Below, piece by piece: positions 10,366-19,772 of a DNA stretch of 64,000 nucleotides. The translations under genes were made by a program, and so were the position numbers. The stretch is from Truepera sp. Its GTDB lineage: Bacteria; Deinococcota; Deinococci; Deinococcales; Trueperaceae. The notes under the pieces are model-generated. The model was not told where the DNA came from and ran no database searches. It saw only the letters and a program-made list of their open reading frames with translations. The DNA is taken from NCBI GenBank assembly GCA_965218435.1, contig CBDCKW010000009.1, positions 2,880,001-2,944,000 on the forward strand. Reading direction: 5' to 3'. Position 1 is the stretch's first letter. The number at the start of each line of letters is the position of its first letter.

Positions 10366-10956
10366 TTACGGCGTTTCGCTGATGGGTCGCCCAACAGTCA
10401 AAGCTTGACGGAGACCAGGCTCCAACTCCAAATAATGTGCGTCGGGTTCTGCGCCGAGGGCGTCTAGTAATTTACTAAAAAAGCAGCGCGCCGAAGCTGC
10501 GGCGGCAATATCGAAAATCTCTTCATTGGAAAACCCGTGAGTTCGCAGCTCTTCGGTGTCCCGCGCCGTGACCGAGGTTGCGTCACGGGCAATCTTTTCG
10601 GCGAAGGCCATCATCACCACGTCTTCGGGGTTTAGTCCTGCCTGCTCGTAATCTTCGGCGATTTTCGTAAGCTCTGCGTCGTCGTAATACTCGAGCAACA
10701 CCGAGCCGTGCGCCAACATGCAGTAAGAACTTTTGAGCGCCCTCGCCGCTGCCAGCGTAACGAGTTCATAGCGCCTCGAGTCTAGCGTGCTGCGAATGCT
10801 GCCGAGTAGACTTGCCCAAGCCTCCATCACCTGCGGGCGGTGACTAAACGCCTTGACGTAATTGGGAACATACCCCTTCGCCACGCGGTTCTGCTCATAC
10901 ATCCGCGCTACGTCGCCGTGCGCCTGGTCTTCGGGAACGATATCAATTAAAGCCAT
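10366..10956 (-). CDS. AhpD/carboxymuconolactone decarboxylase-like (peroxidase-related) protein
   Basis: GYVPNY, RRYELVTLAAA and SSYCMLAH motifs. Confidence 0.8.
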   Translation of the reverse strand: MALIDIVPEDQAHGDVARMYEQNRVAKGYVPNYVKAFSHRPQVMEAWASLLGSIRSTLDSRRYELVTLAAARALKSSYCMLAHGSVLLEYYDDAELTKIAEDYEQAGLNPEDVVMMAFAEKIARDATSVTARDTEELRTHGFSNEEIFDIAAAASARCFFSKLLDALGAEPDAHYLELEPGLRQALTVGRPISETP

Positions 10957-11014
10957 GTCAATCTCCTCGTGCTGAATTATGCACGCGGAAGCTGAAAAAT
11001 GCTACGGGTAACAG

Positions 11015-11701
11015 CTAGGCCACCACACGCCTGTCCAGACGTTGTAAAGCTTTCTCCAGATAAGCGTTGAACTCGGCTTGGGCGCGAAACGTCTCGACAA
11101 CTTTATCCTTAAAGCCCTCGTCTAAAACCTGCTCATCAGCAAAGGGCCGAAACGCAGCAAAACTTTTAAGCTTCAGGAGTGAGATGGCCGGATGGTCGGC
11201 GCTGTAGTCTCGAGGCGCAGTCTTCAGCTCGTGCGTGCGGTCTAAACCTTCCGGGTAGATACGCCTAAACGCGTCAGCCGCTAAAATACGCTCCAACTCC
11301 GGGTAGGTTTCATCTATTTCTCCGCGGATAGCTTTAAGCACCGGCGCAGGAGGCAAATAGAGACCACCGCCCGCCATACTGTGACCCGGTTCAATCTGCA
11401 GATAGTACGCCGGACGCTCGCCCCCGGCAGAGATAAACCCGCTCATGCTCGTTTTAAGCGGGTCTTTGTTTTTGCCGAAGCGCGTGTCCCGGTAGATACG
11501 AAAGACTTTGACCGTCGTCGGGTCATCAATACGTTGAGCTACGGTACGGTCAAACTGCGCGATCTCCATCGCAATATCGTTCAAGCCTTCTTCAAACGCT
11601 CCACGCATCGCCTTGTAAGCGGGTTTTCGCCCCCCGAACCAGTCTTTGTTGTTGTTGAGTTTAAGTTCACCGAGAAACGCCAACAGGTCTGGAGTGATCA
11701 T
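11015..11701 (-). CDS. DUF2461 family protein
   Basis: NNNKDWF and FRIYRDTRFGKNKDPLK motifs. Confidence 0.88.
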   Translation of the reverse strand: MITPDLLAFLGELKLNNNKDWFGGRKPAYKAMRGAFEEGLNDIAMEIAQFDRTVAQRIDDPTTVKVFRIYRDTRFGKNKDPLKTSMSGFISAGGERPAYYLQIEPGHSMAGGGLYLPPAPVLKAIRGEIDETYPELERILAADAFRRIYPEGLDRTHELKTAPRDYSADHPAISLLKLKSFAAFRPFADEQVLDEGFKDKVVETFRAQAEFNAYLEKALQRLDRRVVA

Positions 11702-11735
11702 GGGACTCCTCGAGCGTCTTTCAAGGTTTGAAAAA

Positions 11736-12590
11736 TCATATACTCGTAAACCAGGTCTGGTTTATTGAGACTTGCTCTACTTCGATTACCTTAGTTTCGA
11801 TACCCAGACTAAGCTCTTTGAGCTTGTCTACAAGTAAATCCCCGTCAATCAGGTCAATTGCAGGTGCGCCGTCCCTAGTAGCCTCACGCACGGCGTCTCT
11901 AGTGAAATTACCGGTGGTAATAAGAAGACCTTTGTCAGCACGTCCAACCATCGCGCCCCGGAAGTCGCGTACTTGATTTGCTGATACAGAACCTCTATAT
12001 CGTTTGCACTGGAAGATTACATGAAAAGAGAGTAAACCGCCAAGACGCATAATGCCTTTTCCGTCTATACCACCATCACCGCTTTGTCCAGTCACCTCAA
12101 CCTGAATAAAGCCGGATTCTCTAAGCAGTCTTTGTACTAACCGTTCAAATGCCGAAGGGTGCAGCTTCAAAAGTACGTCTAGCAGTTCCTCACGCCAGAG
12201 CCCACCAGGTTCGTCACCATTAGATACTTCGTTATCAACTTGAGATTGCTTTTTGTTTTGGTGTTCGCGCATAAAACGCTTGACTTTAGTAGGATCAACT
12301 TTTTCGACTGTTCTGCCTGTAGTTGTCAATGCCCAAACACCGCGTCCGGAGTTCTCGAGCACACCGAATTGCTTTAAGTACGTTCTGGCCCAAGCCATCC
12401 GGTACTCAACTTCAGTCTGTCCACCCTTTTTAGGATTGTGCAAAACCTCAAGCTGTTCGTCAGAAAGGTTCGCTACGTCAGAAGCAAGGTTGTTTATCTC
12501 TTCGATTGTCCCAGAGCCGCCAAGTTGTTTTAACGCCTCAATAATTGGATTCATCAGATGGTCATATGAGGGGAGGCGTACACGGGACAT
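11736..12590 (-). CDS. mrr: Mrr-family type IV restriction endonuclease
   Basis: Mrr N-terminal winged helix (YRMAWARTYLK...RGVWALT) and catalytic domain (DGGIDG...QCKRY...LIDG). AT-richer than neighbours. Confidence 0.93.
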   Translation of the reverse strand: MSRVRLPSYDHLMNPIIEALKQLGGSGTIEEINNLASDVANLSDEQLEVLHNPKKGGQTEVEYRMAWARTYLKQFGVLENSGRGVWALTTTGRTVEKVDPTKVKRFMREHQNKKQSQVDNEVSNGDEPGGLWREELLDVLLKLHPSAFERLVQRLLRESGFIQVEVTGQSGDGGIDGKGIMRLGGLLSFHVIFQCKRYRGSVSANQVRDFRGAMVGRADKGLLITTGNFTRDAVREATRDGAPAIDLIDGDLLVDKLKELSLGIETKVIEVEQVSINQTWFTSI

Positions 12591-12648
12591 CTATTTCTAG
12601 CTTACCTTGCCCTTAGAAGATCAACCATCGTGCGCTAAAATCTCTGTA

Positions 12649-13632
12649 TCAGTCGGCTGCCATCCCTACATTATTTTTCTCTAACGCCCGCTCTGCTCGG
12701 TACGAGGAGCGTACCAGCGGCCCCGAGACAACCTCGAGAAATCCCTTTTTAAGCCCTAACTCGCGGTAGTGGTTAAAGTCTTCGGGCGGCACATACCGCA
12801 CGACCGGCAGGTGCGACGCGGTAGGGCGAAGGTACTGCCCAAAGGTCACGATGTCTACCCCGGCAGCGCGTAAATCGTCCATCGCCTCCAAAATCTCAGC
12901 GTCGGTTTCACCCAAACCCAGCATCAAGCTTGTTTTAGTGAGCACGTCGGGCCGGGATTTTTTCGCGTAGGCAAGGACGCCTAAGGTTTGGTCGTAGCCT
13001 GCGCGGGGGTCACGGACGGGATGGGTGAGGCGGCGGACGGTCTCGAGATTCTGCGCGTAAACTTCAACCCCGGCATCTAAAACCTTTTGGACGTTGTCGG
13101 TGACGCCGCCGAAGTCGGGCGTCAACGCCTCGACTGCCGTGTCCGGATTGACCCGTTTGATCTCGCGGATACACGCGGCGTAGTGGCCTGCGCCGCCGTC
13201 CGGCAGGTCGTCGCGGTCAACCGAGGTCAAGACGACGTATTTGAGGCCCATCAGTTGGACCGAACTCGCAGCTAAACGCGGTTCAGCCGGGTCGAGGCGG
13301 CCTCTAGGATTCCCGGTGTCTACCGCACAAAAGCGGCAAGCACGGGTACATACCGAACCCATCAGCATAATCGTGGCAGTCCCGGCGTTCCAGCATTCGC
13401 CGATATTCGGGCACATCGCCTCTTCGCAAACCGTAGACAAGCGGTTTTCGCGTACGGTGGATTTGACCTCGCTGTATTTAGCGCCGGAGGGCAGCGCGAC
13501 CTTGAGCCAATCGGGTTTACGCTCACGGGGGACGTTGGCGGCATCTTTGCGAAACACGCCGTTTTTAACGACCTTGATGTCGGCCAGAGAAATATCTATA
13601 GGCGGGAGGTCGGGAGTTTTGGGTTGCGTCAC
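12649..13632 (-). CDS. lipA: Lipoyl synthase
   Basis: [20 protein letters not shown] and RSSY motifs. Confidence 0.97.
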   Translation of the reverse strand: MTQPKTPDLPPIDISLADIKVVKNGVFRKDAANVPRERKPDWLKVALPSGAKYSEVKSTVRENRLSTVCEEAMCPNIGECWNAGTATIMLMGSVCTRACRFCAVDTGNPRGRLDPAEPRLAASSVQLMGLKYVVLTSVDRDDLPDGGAGHYAACIREIKRVNPDTAVEALTPDFGGVTDNVQKVLDAGVEVYAQNLETVRRLTHPVRDPRAGYDQTLGVLAYAKKSRPDVLTKTSLMLGLGETDAEILEAMDDLRAAGVDIVTFGQYLRPTASHLPVVRYVPPEDFNHYRELGLKKGFLEVVSGPLVRSSYRAERALEKNNVGMAAD

Positions 13633-13648
13633 TAGATAACCTTGCTTT

Positions 13649-14353
<705 letters not shown>

Positions 14354-14417
14354 ACTCTATGGTAGCAGCTTTCGTCATTTTCCCCTGCACCCCAGCTGTC
14401 AGAATTAGAGAGAACAA

Positions 14418-15650
14418 CTAGATCGTCTCGTCTAACCCCTCTATCAGCTGTGCTACATCGTCTTCGCTCGTATAGTGAACAAACGACAACCGGAGCACGC
14501 CGTCGCCGCCTATGCCGAGGGCGTCCAAGAGCCTTGCGGCGTAAAAGTGGCCGTGGGCGCACATGATACCGCGCTCGGCCAGGGCTTCGACCAGCTCGGA
14601 TGAGGCGCGACCTTCGACCAACACTGAAACGGTCGGCGCACGGTTCTCTAGAGTTTTCGGGCCGATGATACGGACTTTGCGGTGCGCGGTGAGGTACTCA
14701 AGCAACGTCTCCAACCGCGCCAGCTCTGCGTTTCTAAAAAGGTCGTGTACAGCTTTAGTTTTGACCTGTGTGTCAACGCCCTCGCCGTAATGATGTGCGT
14801 ACACCGCGTCAAAATAGTCCGTCACGCCCCGCGCCGCCGCAATCTGCGCGTGATCCGGGCCTGCCGGGGTCAGGCGTTTGGTCGTATTACCCCCGTTGAA
14901 GTAATGCCCCTGATTCGTCAGTTTTTGCGCTGTGTCCTTACGCACGACCATTACGCCCTGGTGCGGCCCATAGGTTTTGTAGGTTGAAAAAAGGTAGATG
15001 TCCGCGCCCAACTCCTCTACATTTGGAAACCCGTGTCCCGCATAAGAAACACCGTCTACTACGGCAACCGCGCCGACCTTATGCGCGAGTTCGGCAACCT
15101 CACGCACCGGATTGATCTCCCCGACGATGTTCGAGCAGTGCGGAAACGCGACGATTTTGGTTTTGTCTGACAAGAGCGCCTGCAAGTCTTCTAGGTGCAA
15201 CCGGCCCTCAGCGTCAACTCGCCACTCTTTGACGGTCACGTCATCTTTCGCAAGCCGCCGCCACGCGCCGCTGTTCGCCTCATGGTCTTGATTCGTGACG
15301 ATGATTTCATTGCCGGGTTTGAGATAATCGCGGAACGCCTGCGCCAGAACATAGGTATTTTGCGTCGTCGAGGGGCCGAAGTGGACTTCATCGGGCTGAA
15401 CGCCCAAGTAGGCGGCGAAAGCGGGGTAGCTCGAGTCCATCTCTCTACCCGCCTCCTGGGAAACCGGATACCGGTGATGTGGTTGCACTTTGAGCTTGGT
15501 GTAGAAGTCGTGCAACCTGCCGATCACCTGAGCGCAAGCATACGAACCCCCGGCGTTTTCAAAAAACGCTTGCCCTTTTAAGCTGGGTTCGCTAAAGGCG
15601 GGAAATTGCTGCCGGACGAAGTTGAGGTCCAGCGTGTGCATAGCTGTCAT
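14418..15650 (-). CDS. Class V aminotransferase / cysteine desulfurase-like protein
   Basis: FENAGGS, DHEANSG and FSTYKTYGPH PLP-lysine motif. GGAGG Shine-Dalgarno at ATG 15650. Confidence 0.85.
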   Translation of the reverse strand: MTAMHTLDLNFVRQQFPAFSEPSLKGQAFFENAGGSYACAQVIGRLHDFYTKLKVQPHHRYPVSQEAGREMDSSYPAFAAYLGVQPDEVHFGPSTTQNTYVLAQAFRDYLKPGNEIIVTNQDHEANSGAWRRLAKDDVTVKEWRVDAEGRLHLEDLQALLSDKTKIVAFPHCSNIVGEINPVREVAELAHKVGAVAVVDGVSYAGHGFPNVEELGADIYLFSTYKTYGPHQGVMVVRKDTAQKLTNQGHYFNGGNTTKRLTPAGPDHAQIAAARGVTDYFDAVYAHHYGEGVDTQVKTKAVHDLFRNAELARLETLLEYLTAHRKVRIIGPKTLENRAPTVSVLVEGRASSELVEALAERGIMCAHGHFYAARLLDALGIGGDGVLRLSFVHYTSEDDVAQLIEGLDETI

Positions 15651-15669
15651 AATCCTCCAATGCAAAAAG

Positions 15670-16428
15670 TTAAGAACGCAAGTAAGACGCACCGTTCACA
15701 TCAATGATCGTCCCGGTAGAAAACTCAGCGCCTGCAGACGCGAGGAACAACACCGCGTAGGCGACCTCTTCGGGTTTGGCGACGCGCCCCAGCGGACTCT
15801 GCGCACGGATTTCTACACCTTGCTCCCCGGCCAAAGACGAGGCGGCCATCTCCGTCTCGACAAAACCGGGCGCGACCACACCCACGAAGATGTTGTGCGG
15901 TGCGAGCTTTTGCGCGAGCGATTGACTCATGGCGTTCATCCCGGCTTTACTGGCACCGTAAGCGGGACTTTCCGGTTCCCCCCGAAACGCACCCCTCGAC
16001 GACACATTGACGATGCGTCCACCGCCACTCTCCAGCATGTGCTGCGCCGCTAAGTAACAGAGGTTAGCCGCTGCAACAAGGTTGGTGCCGAGCGTCCGCT
16101 GCCACGCCTCACGCCACGCGGCAAAATCAACTTTATCTACCGGATGCGCTTCAAAAATACCCGCGTTGTTGACCAAAATATCTAACCCGCCTAACTCCTG
16201 AACCGTTTGGGTGACCAGCGTTTCGCAGAAGTCCGGGTCAGAAATATCACCGGCGAGGCTCGAGTGTGGCCCGCCCGGTAAAGCAGCCAAGGTTGCCTCA
16301 GCCGCGTCATGATTGCTCAAGTAGCTGAGCACCACCCGCGCGCCTCTCTCTGCAAAACTCTGAGCAATTGCTCGACCGATACCCCGTGCGCCGCCCGTGA
16401 CGAGTACGCGTTTGCCGTTAAAGTCCAT
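15670..16428 (-). CDS. SDR family oxidoreductase
   Basis: TGGARGIG, NNAG and YGASK motifs. Start trimmed to ATG 16428, 5 nt downstream of TAGAGT. Confidence 0.92.
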   Translation of the reverse strand: MDFNGKRVLVTGGARGIGRAIAQSFAERGARVVLSYLSNHDAAEATLAALPGGPHSSLAGDISDPDFCETLVTQTVQELGGLDILVNNAGIFEAHPVDKVDFAAWREAWQRTLGTNLVAAANLCYLAAQHMLESGGGRIVNVSSRGAFRGEPESPAYGASKAGMNAMSQSLAQKLAPHNIFVGVVAPGFVETEMAASSLAGEQGVEIRAQSPLGRVAKPEEVAYAVLFLASAGAEFSTGTIIDVNGASYLRS

Positions 16429-16620
16429 GCCCAACTCTACCTGGTAATGACCTGCTAAGGTGACTACGCAGAGCGAGCCGAGCGAGACCTCTTCACAGTA
16501 CAAGCCAAAGCTAGGCCAGTAGACCGCTTCTAGCGGACTGCACAAGCCTACTGACCCCGTGGTGCTCAAGCCCAGCTTTCAACCGTTACTAAAAGGACAC
16601 TGTGAGTCAGCCCCAGGAAA

Positions 16621-16841
16621 ACCCCTCAGCGCCTCGCTGAGACGCCCGTCGCCAAGGGTATATTTACGCGGCCTCGAGAGTCGTGAACTACACCGTGCGC
16701 GGCGTGGCAGAAGCGTTGGGCGCGTCGCCGCCCTCAGTTGCAGCGGGGATGAAACGGCTCGAGGCCCTTGGGCTGCTGTGCTACGTCGGCGAGCGGCAGA
16801 CCTGGCAGCGTAGAGCGTTCGAGGTTTTAGGAAAACCCTGA
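16621..16841 (+). pseudogene. Frameshifted HTH gene, paralogue of 17814-18083
   Basis: 16683-16841 reads VNYTVRGVAEALGASPPSVAAGMKRLEALGLL, matching VSYTVRELAELLGVTPPSVEAALTRLRELGLI. The upstream part (TPQRLAETPVAKGIF) is in another frame. Confidence 0.65.
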
Positions 16842-16994
16842 CTCTCAATACTTCGGATATTTATATAGAAAGCGCGTCAGGGACGGCATTTCTCAATACA
16901 ACTTCTGCTCAAAGGAGTTGCGTCACAGACGGACAAAGCGGATTTTGCGTCAAAACCTGTCCGGAGTATTGGACTCTTATAACAGCGTTAAAGT

Positions 16995-17190
16995 TTGACA
17001 GAGCCGTAACCACCGCTGTACTGTGCATGAGTCCTATGATGATTTTCGTTACCTGCTAATTTCTGCACCGAATACGGTTCTCCGACCCTACTAAGCGGTC
17101 GGTCACCCCTTCGTATCTCGGTTCAGCCCTACGACACTTCGATGTTGAGGTTCGTTTGAGCTGTACCAGAAAGCTAGCTGGTATAGATTT
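16995..17190 (+). promoter_or_regulatory. Promoter and structured leader with uORF (candidate attenuator)
   Basis: TTGACA at 16995 and TACTGT at 17019. uORF 17027-17059 encodes MSPMMIFVTC. Hairpins at 17067-17123 and 17161-17186. Confidence 0.45.
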
Positions 17191-17391
17191 ATGTCAGGAC
17201 CTTTGCAATCCCTTTTGCTCTACCTCGTGGCAGAACAAAAACTTACAGATTTCCGCCAAGAAGCCCTCGTCTGTCGTCAACTACGCGCCGCTCGTGTCGC
17301 ACCTTCTGAGCTGCGTCATGTTCTAGCCTTGAAGCTGCTGCGGCTCGCGTATCGCCTTTCGCCGAGCCTAGCTACAGTACAGGGCCGCTAA
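17191..17391 (+). CDS. Small hypothetical protein (66 aa)
   Basis: Basic helical ORF whose TAA stop overlaps the ATG of the GNAT (TAATG). Confidence 0.6.
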   Translation: MSGPLQSLLLYLVAEQKLTDFRQEALVCRQLRAARVAPSELRHVLALKLLRLAYRLSPSLATVQGR

Positions 17392-17801
17392 TGGACAAGA
17401 TTATAAACACCGTTGACGAGAAGGATGTGGAACAAATCATTGATAGCCTCGTCTACTACAACGAGACCAATTCCGATGTGGGTGATTGGCACCAGAAAGT
17501 GTTCGTCATTCGAGACGAGCATGAAGGGGTCGCCGCAGGCATCATCATCAACATCCACTGGTACTGGTTGCACATTGACGTTCTCGCTGTGCAACCTTCA
17601 TACCGACGCGCGGGCTTGGGAACCCGGTTGTTAAGGGAAGCTGAAGACTATGCCAAGGCGCAGGGCTGTGTCGGCGCTTATCTCGATACGATGAGCTTTC
17701 AAGCACCTGAGTTCTACGTCAAGCACGGCTATGAAGTTCTGGCGAAGCTCGAGGGCTTGCCAAAAGACATGCACAAAATCTACCTGTTTAAGCGCTTTTG
17801 A
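17391..17801 (+). CDS. GNAT family N-acetyltransferase
   Basis: YRRAGLGTRLL acetyl-CoA motif and LDTMSFQAPEFY motif. Confidence 0.92.
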   Translation: MDKIINTVDEKDVEQIIDSLVYYNETNSDVGDWHQKVFVIRDEHEGVAAGIIINIHWYWLHIDVLAVQPSYRRAGLGTRLLREAEDYAKAQGCVGAYLDTMSFQAPEFYVKHGYEVLAKLEGLPKDMHKIYLFKRF

Positions 17802-17813
17802 GAGGCGTCTTGT

Positions 17814-18083
17814 TTGCCGAGTAAACTCATCCGTGACCGTCCTTACCGACCTGCCCCCACTCCCCCGGCCCTCAAAGACAAAGCACCCACAACTAAGCTG
17901 CTCTTTGTCTGGTTGGGGCCGCAGGGCGAAGTGAGTTACACCGTCCGGGAGCTTGCCGAGCTGCTAGGCGTCACGCCACCTTCGGTTGAGGCAGCCCTGA
18001 CCCGTTTGCGCGAGTTGGGGCTGATTGATGACGTAAAACTCGCCCGTGGCAGTGCGCCGGGGCACTACCGCGTCAAAAGGTAG
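17814..18083 (+). CDS. Small winged-HTH protein
   Basis: TVRELAELLGVTPPSVEAALTRLRELGLI helix-turn-helix. Confidence 0.7.
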   Translation: MPSKLIRDRPYRPAPTPPALKDKAPTTKLLFVWLGPQGEVSYTVRELAELLGVTPPSVEAALTRLRELGLIDDVKLARGSAPGHYRVKR

Positions 18084-18090
18084 TGCGCTT

Positions 18091-18123
18091 GACCCATAGT
18101 AACGTTTGGCGTTACTATGGGTC
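18091..18123. promoter_or_regulatory. higBA operator overlapping the promoter
   Basis: Perfect 14-bp inverted repeat GACCCATAGTAACG-tttgg-CGTTACTATGGGTC spanning TTGACC (18089) and TACTAT (18113). Confidence 0.8.
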
Positions 18124-18405
18124 GTGATTAAGAGCTTTGCTGACAAGGAGACCGAGAAGATTTTCGGCGGTCAGCACTCGCGTAAACTCCCCGTTGACCT
18201 TCAGCGCCGCGCCAAGATGCGCCTTGACCGTATTGACGCCGCAACCGAGCTTAGCGACCTGCGCGTCCCACCCTCTCACCGCCTCGAGAAACTTTCGGGC
18301 GACCGTGCCGAGCGGTACAGCGTCCGTATCAATCAGCAGTGGCGCGTCTGTTTTACGTGGTCAGCTGGCGACGCGCACGCCGTTGAGATCGTTGACTACC
18401 ACTAG
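18124..18405 (+). CDS. higB: HigB-like (RelE/ParE superfamily) toxin
   Basis: MIKSFADKETE...LRVPPSHRLEKL...YSVRINQQWRVCF...EIVDYH. Confidence 0.93.
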   Translation: MIKSFADKETEKIFGGQHSRKLPVDLQRRAKMRLDRIDAATELSDLRVPPSHRLEKLSGDRAERYSVRINQQWRVCFTWSAGDAHAVEIVDYH

Positions 18406-18412
18406 GAGACCT

Positions 18413-18715
18413 ATGTCCCGAATGTCCCGAGCCATCCCCCCCATTCATCCCGGTGAGCACCTAGCCGAGTTTTTAACCGAGTACGGCGTCAGCGCCTACC
18501 GGCTTGCCAAAGACACCGACATGCCCAAAACCCGTGTCAGCACCATCCTCAAAGGCCAGCGGGCGATTACCGCCGATACCGCCCTGCGTTTGGGGCGCTT
18601 TTTCGGCGTCACGCCGCAGTTCTGGCTCAACCTGCAGACGCGCTATGACTTGGAAACAGCGCAAGAGGCCATCGGCCCGGGGCTCGAGCACATCAAGCCT
18701 TTGCAAGCTGCTTGA
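18413..18715 (+). CDS. higA: HigA family antitoxin
   Basis: PIHPGEHL...ITADTALRLGRFFG...FWLNLQTRYDL. Confidence 0.94.
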   Translation: MSRMSRAIPPIHPGEHLAEFLTEYGVSAYRLAKDTDMPKTRVSTILKGQRAITADTALRLGRFFGVTPQFWLNLQTRYDLETAQEAIGPGLEHIKPLQAA

Positions 18716-18784
18716 AGCCTTCAGGCACCGGGGCGCTACCGTATCAAGAAGAGCTGAGCGTGCCTACAACACTAAAGTGTTGAC

Positions 18785-18943
18785 ATGACGCTCTTTCTTG
18801 TTCTGCTCGCACTAGCTACAGCTCTCTATGGGCTGTCTGAGCTGCTCTTTAGTAGCGAAACCCGAAGTATATTTGGATGGCTGAGGGCGGAGGAAACCCG
18901 AAAGCGTGGGGCGAGTAGACTCGAGCAACTCTTTACGGAATAA
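18785..18943 (+). CDS. Putative 52-aa small membrane protein (below the ORF-track cutoff)
   Basis: MTLFLVLLALATALYGLSELLFSSETRSIFGWLRAEETRKRGASRLEQLFTE. TAAAGT lies exactly 6 nt upstream of the ATG. Confidence 0.55.
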   Translation: MTLFLVLLALATALYGLSELLFSSETRSIFGWLRAEETRKRGASRLEQLFTE

Positions 18944-19454
18944 GAGCTTCATCTTCCTCTAACTGCCTTATCCGATTTTCTAAATACTCTGTGCGAGCTG
19001 TGGGTCTTAGGAGCCGATAGAGGCGCAGAGCAGCAGGTACAAGATAAGACAGTGCGTTTCCAAACACGAAGAGTAGATTAAATGCGATAGCTGAAGGCGG
19101 AACAGGTTTTCGGAGAGATGTGGGGAAGAAACTTACTAGCTCCCTATCTATCAGATAAAGTGTTGTTAAAAGAGCAAAATAACTGAACCAGAGGATTGTT
19201 TGAAGCATCAGTAACCAAATTACGAGTGTGGTTGTCCTACCAGGGGTTTCTTGGTCGTCTAAGTGCTGTTCGAGCTTGGCCTCGAGTCGCGCTTTCCTGT
19301 CTCTAAATGATTTCCTCTGCCGAAAAGTGTTTGGAGCTGCCTGACGGGAGATAGCCACGTTTATCAAAGTTACGATCACGCCCCCGATTACCGTGACCAG
19401 TAAGGTTTCACGATTGTTCAGCCACAGATTGACGATCCACTCAGGCAAAGACAT
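18933..19454 (-). CDS. Hypothetical membrane protein (about 3 TM)
   Basis: GGAGG Shine-Dalgarno before ATG 19454, three hydrophobic segments, AT-richer composition. Confidence 0.65.
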   Translation of the reverse strand: MSLPEWIVNLWLNNRETLLVTVIGGVIVTLINVAISRQAAPNTFRQRKSFRDRKARLEAKLEQHLDDQETPGRTTTLVIWLLMLQTILWFSYFALLTTLYLIDRELVSFFPTSLRKPVPPSAIAFNLLFVFGNALSYLVPAALRLYRLLRPTARTEYLENRIRQLEEDEALIP

Positions 19455-19772
19455 ACCTCCTACTCGATATGTCGTCAAGTCTACCGAACAATTTAAGCGT
19501 TGGAGGGCAAAAGATTTACTCGAGCACAACCGTTCCTACTTAGCAGTGAACGCCGCACTGCCCCGGTAGTTACCAAAGCGTAAATTTATAGTAGGCTGAC
19601 CTTACCCTGGCACGATAGAACTCGAGTACAGAGACTTGTGAGCACGGCTTACTGTGTTGAGCTCGAGCAATAAGGATTGGCTGAGCTAATCTTGTGACTC
19701 TGCTAGAATTTCTACCAAACTTTTCAGTTATGGTTCGCCGACCATACTGCTCAGCTGCTATCAGCTACTTAC

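Noticed and set aside
18137..18412. Apparent 192-aa HigA with a long N-terminal extension
   Set aside because: The extension overlaps higB in another frame. The AGGAG-preceded ATG at 18413 gives a normal-length HigA.
18777..18786. GTGTTGACAT matching the reverse complement of the second IS5 right end
   Set aside because: Only 10 nt, 27 kb away, with no transposase context. It is better explained as the spacer and start of the small ORF.
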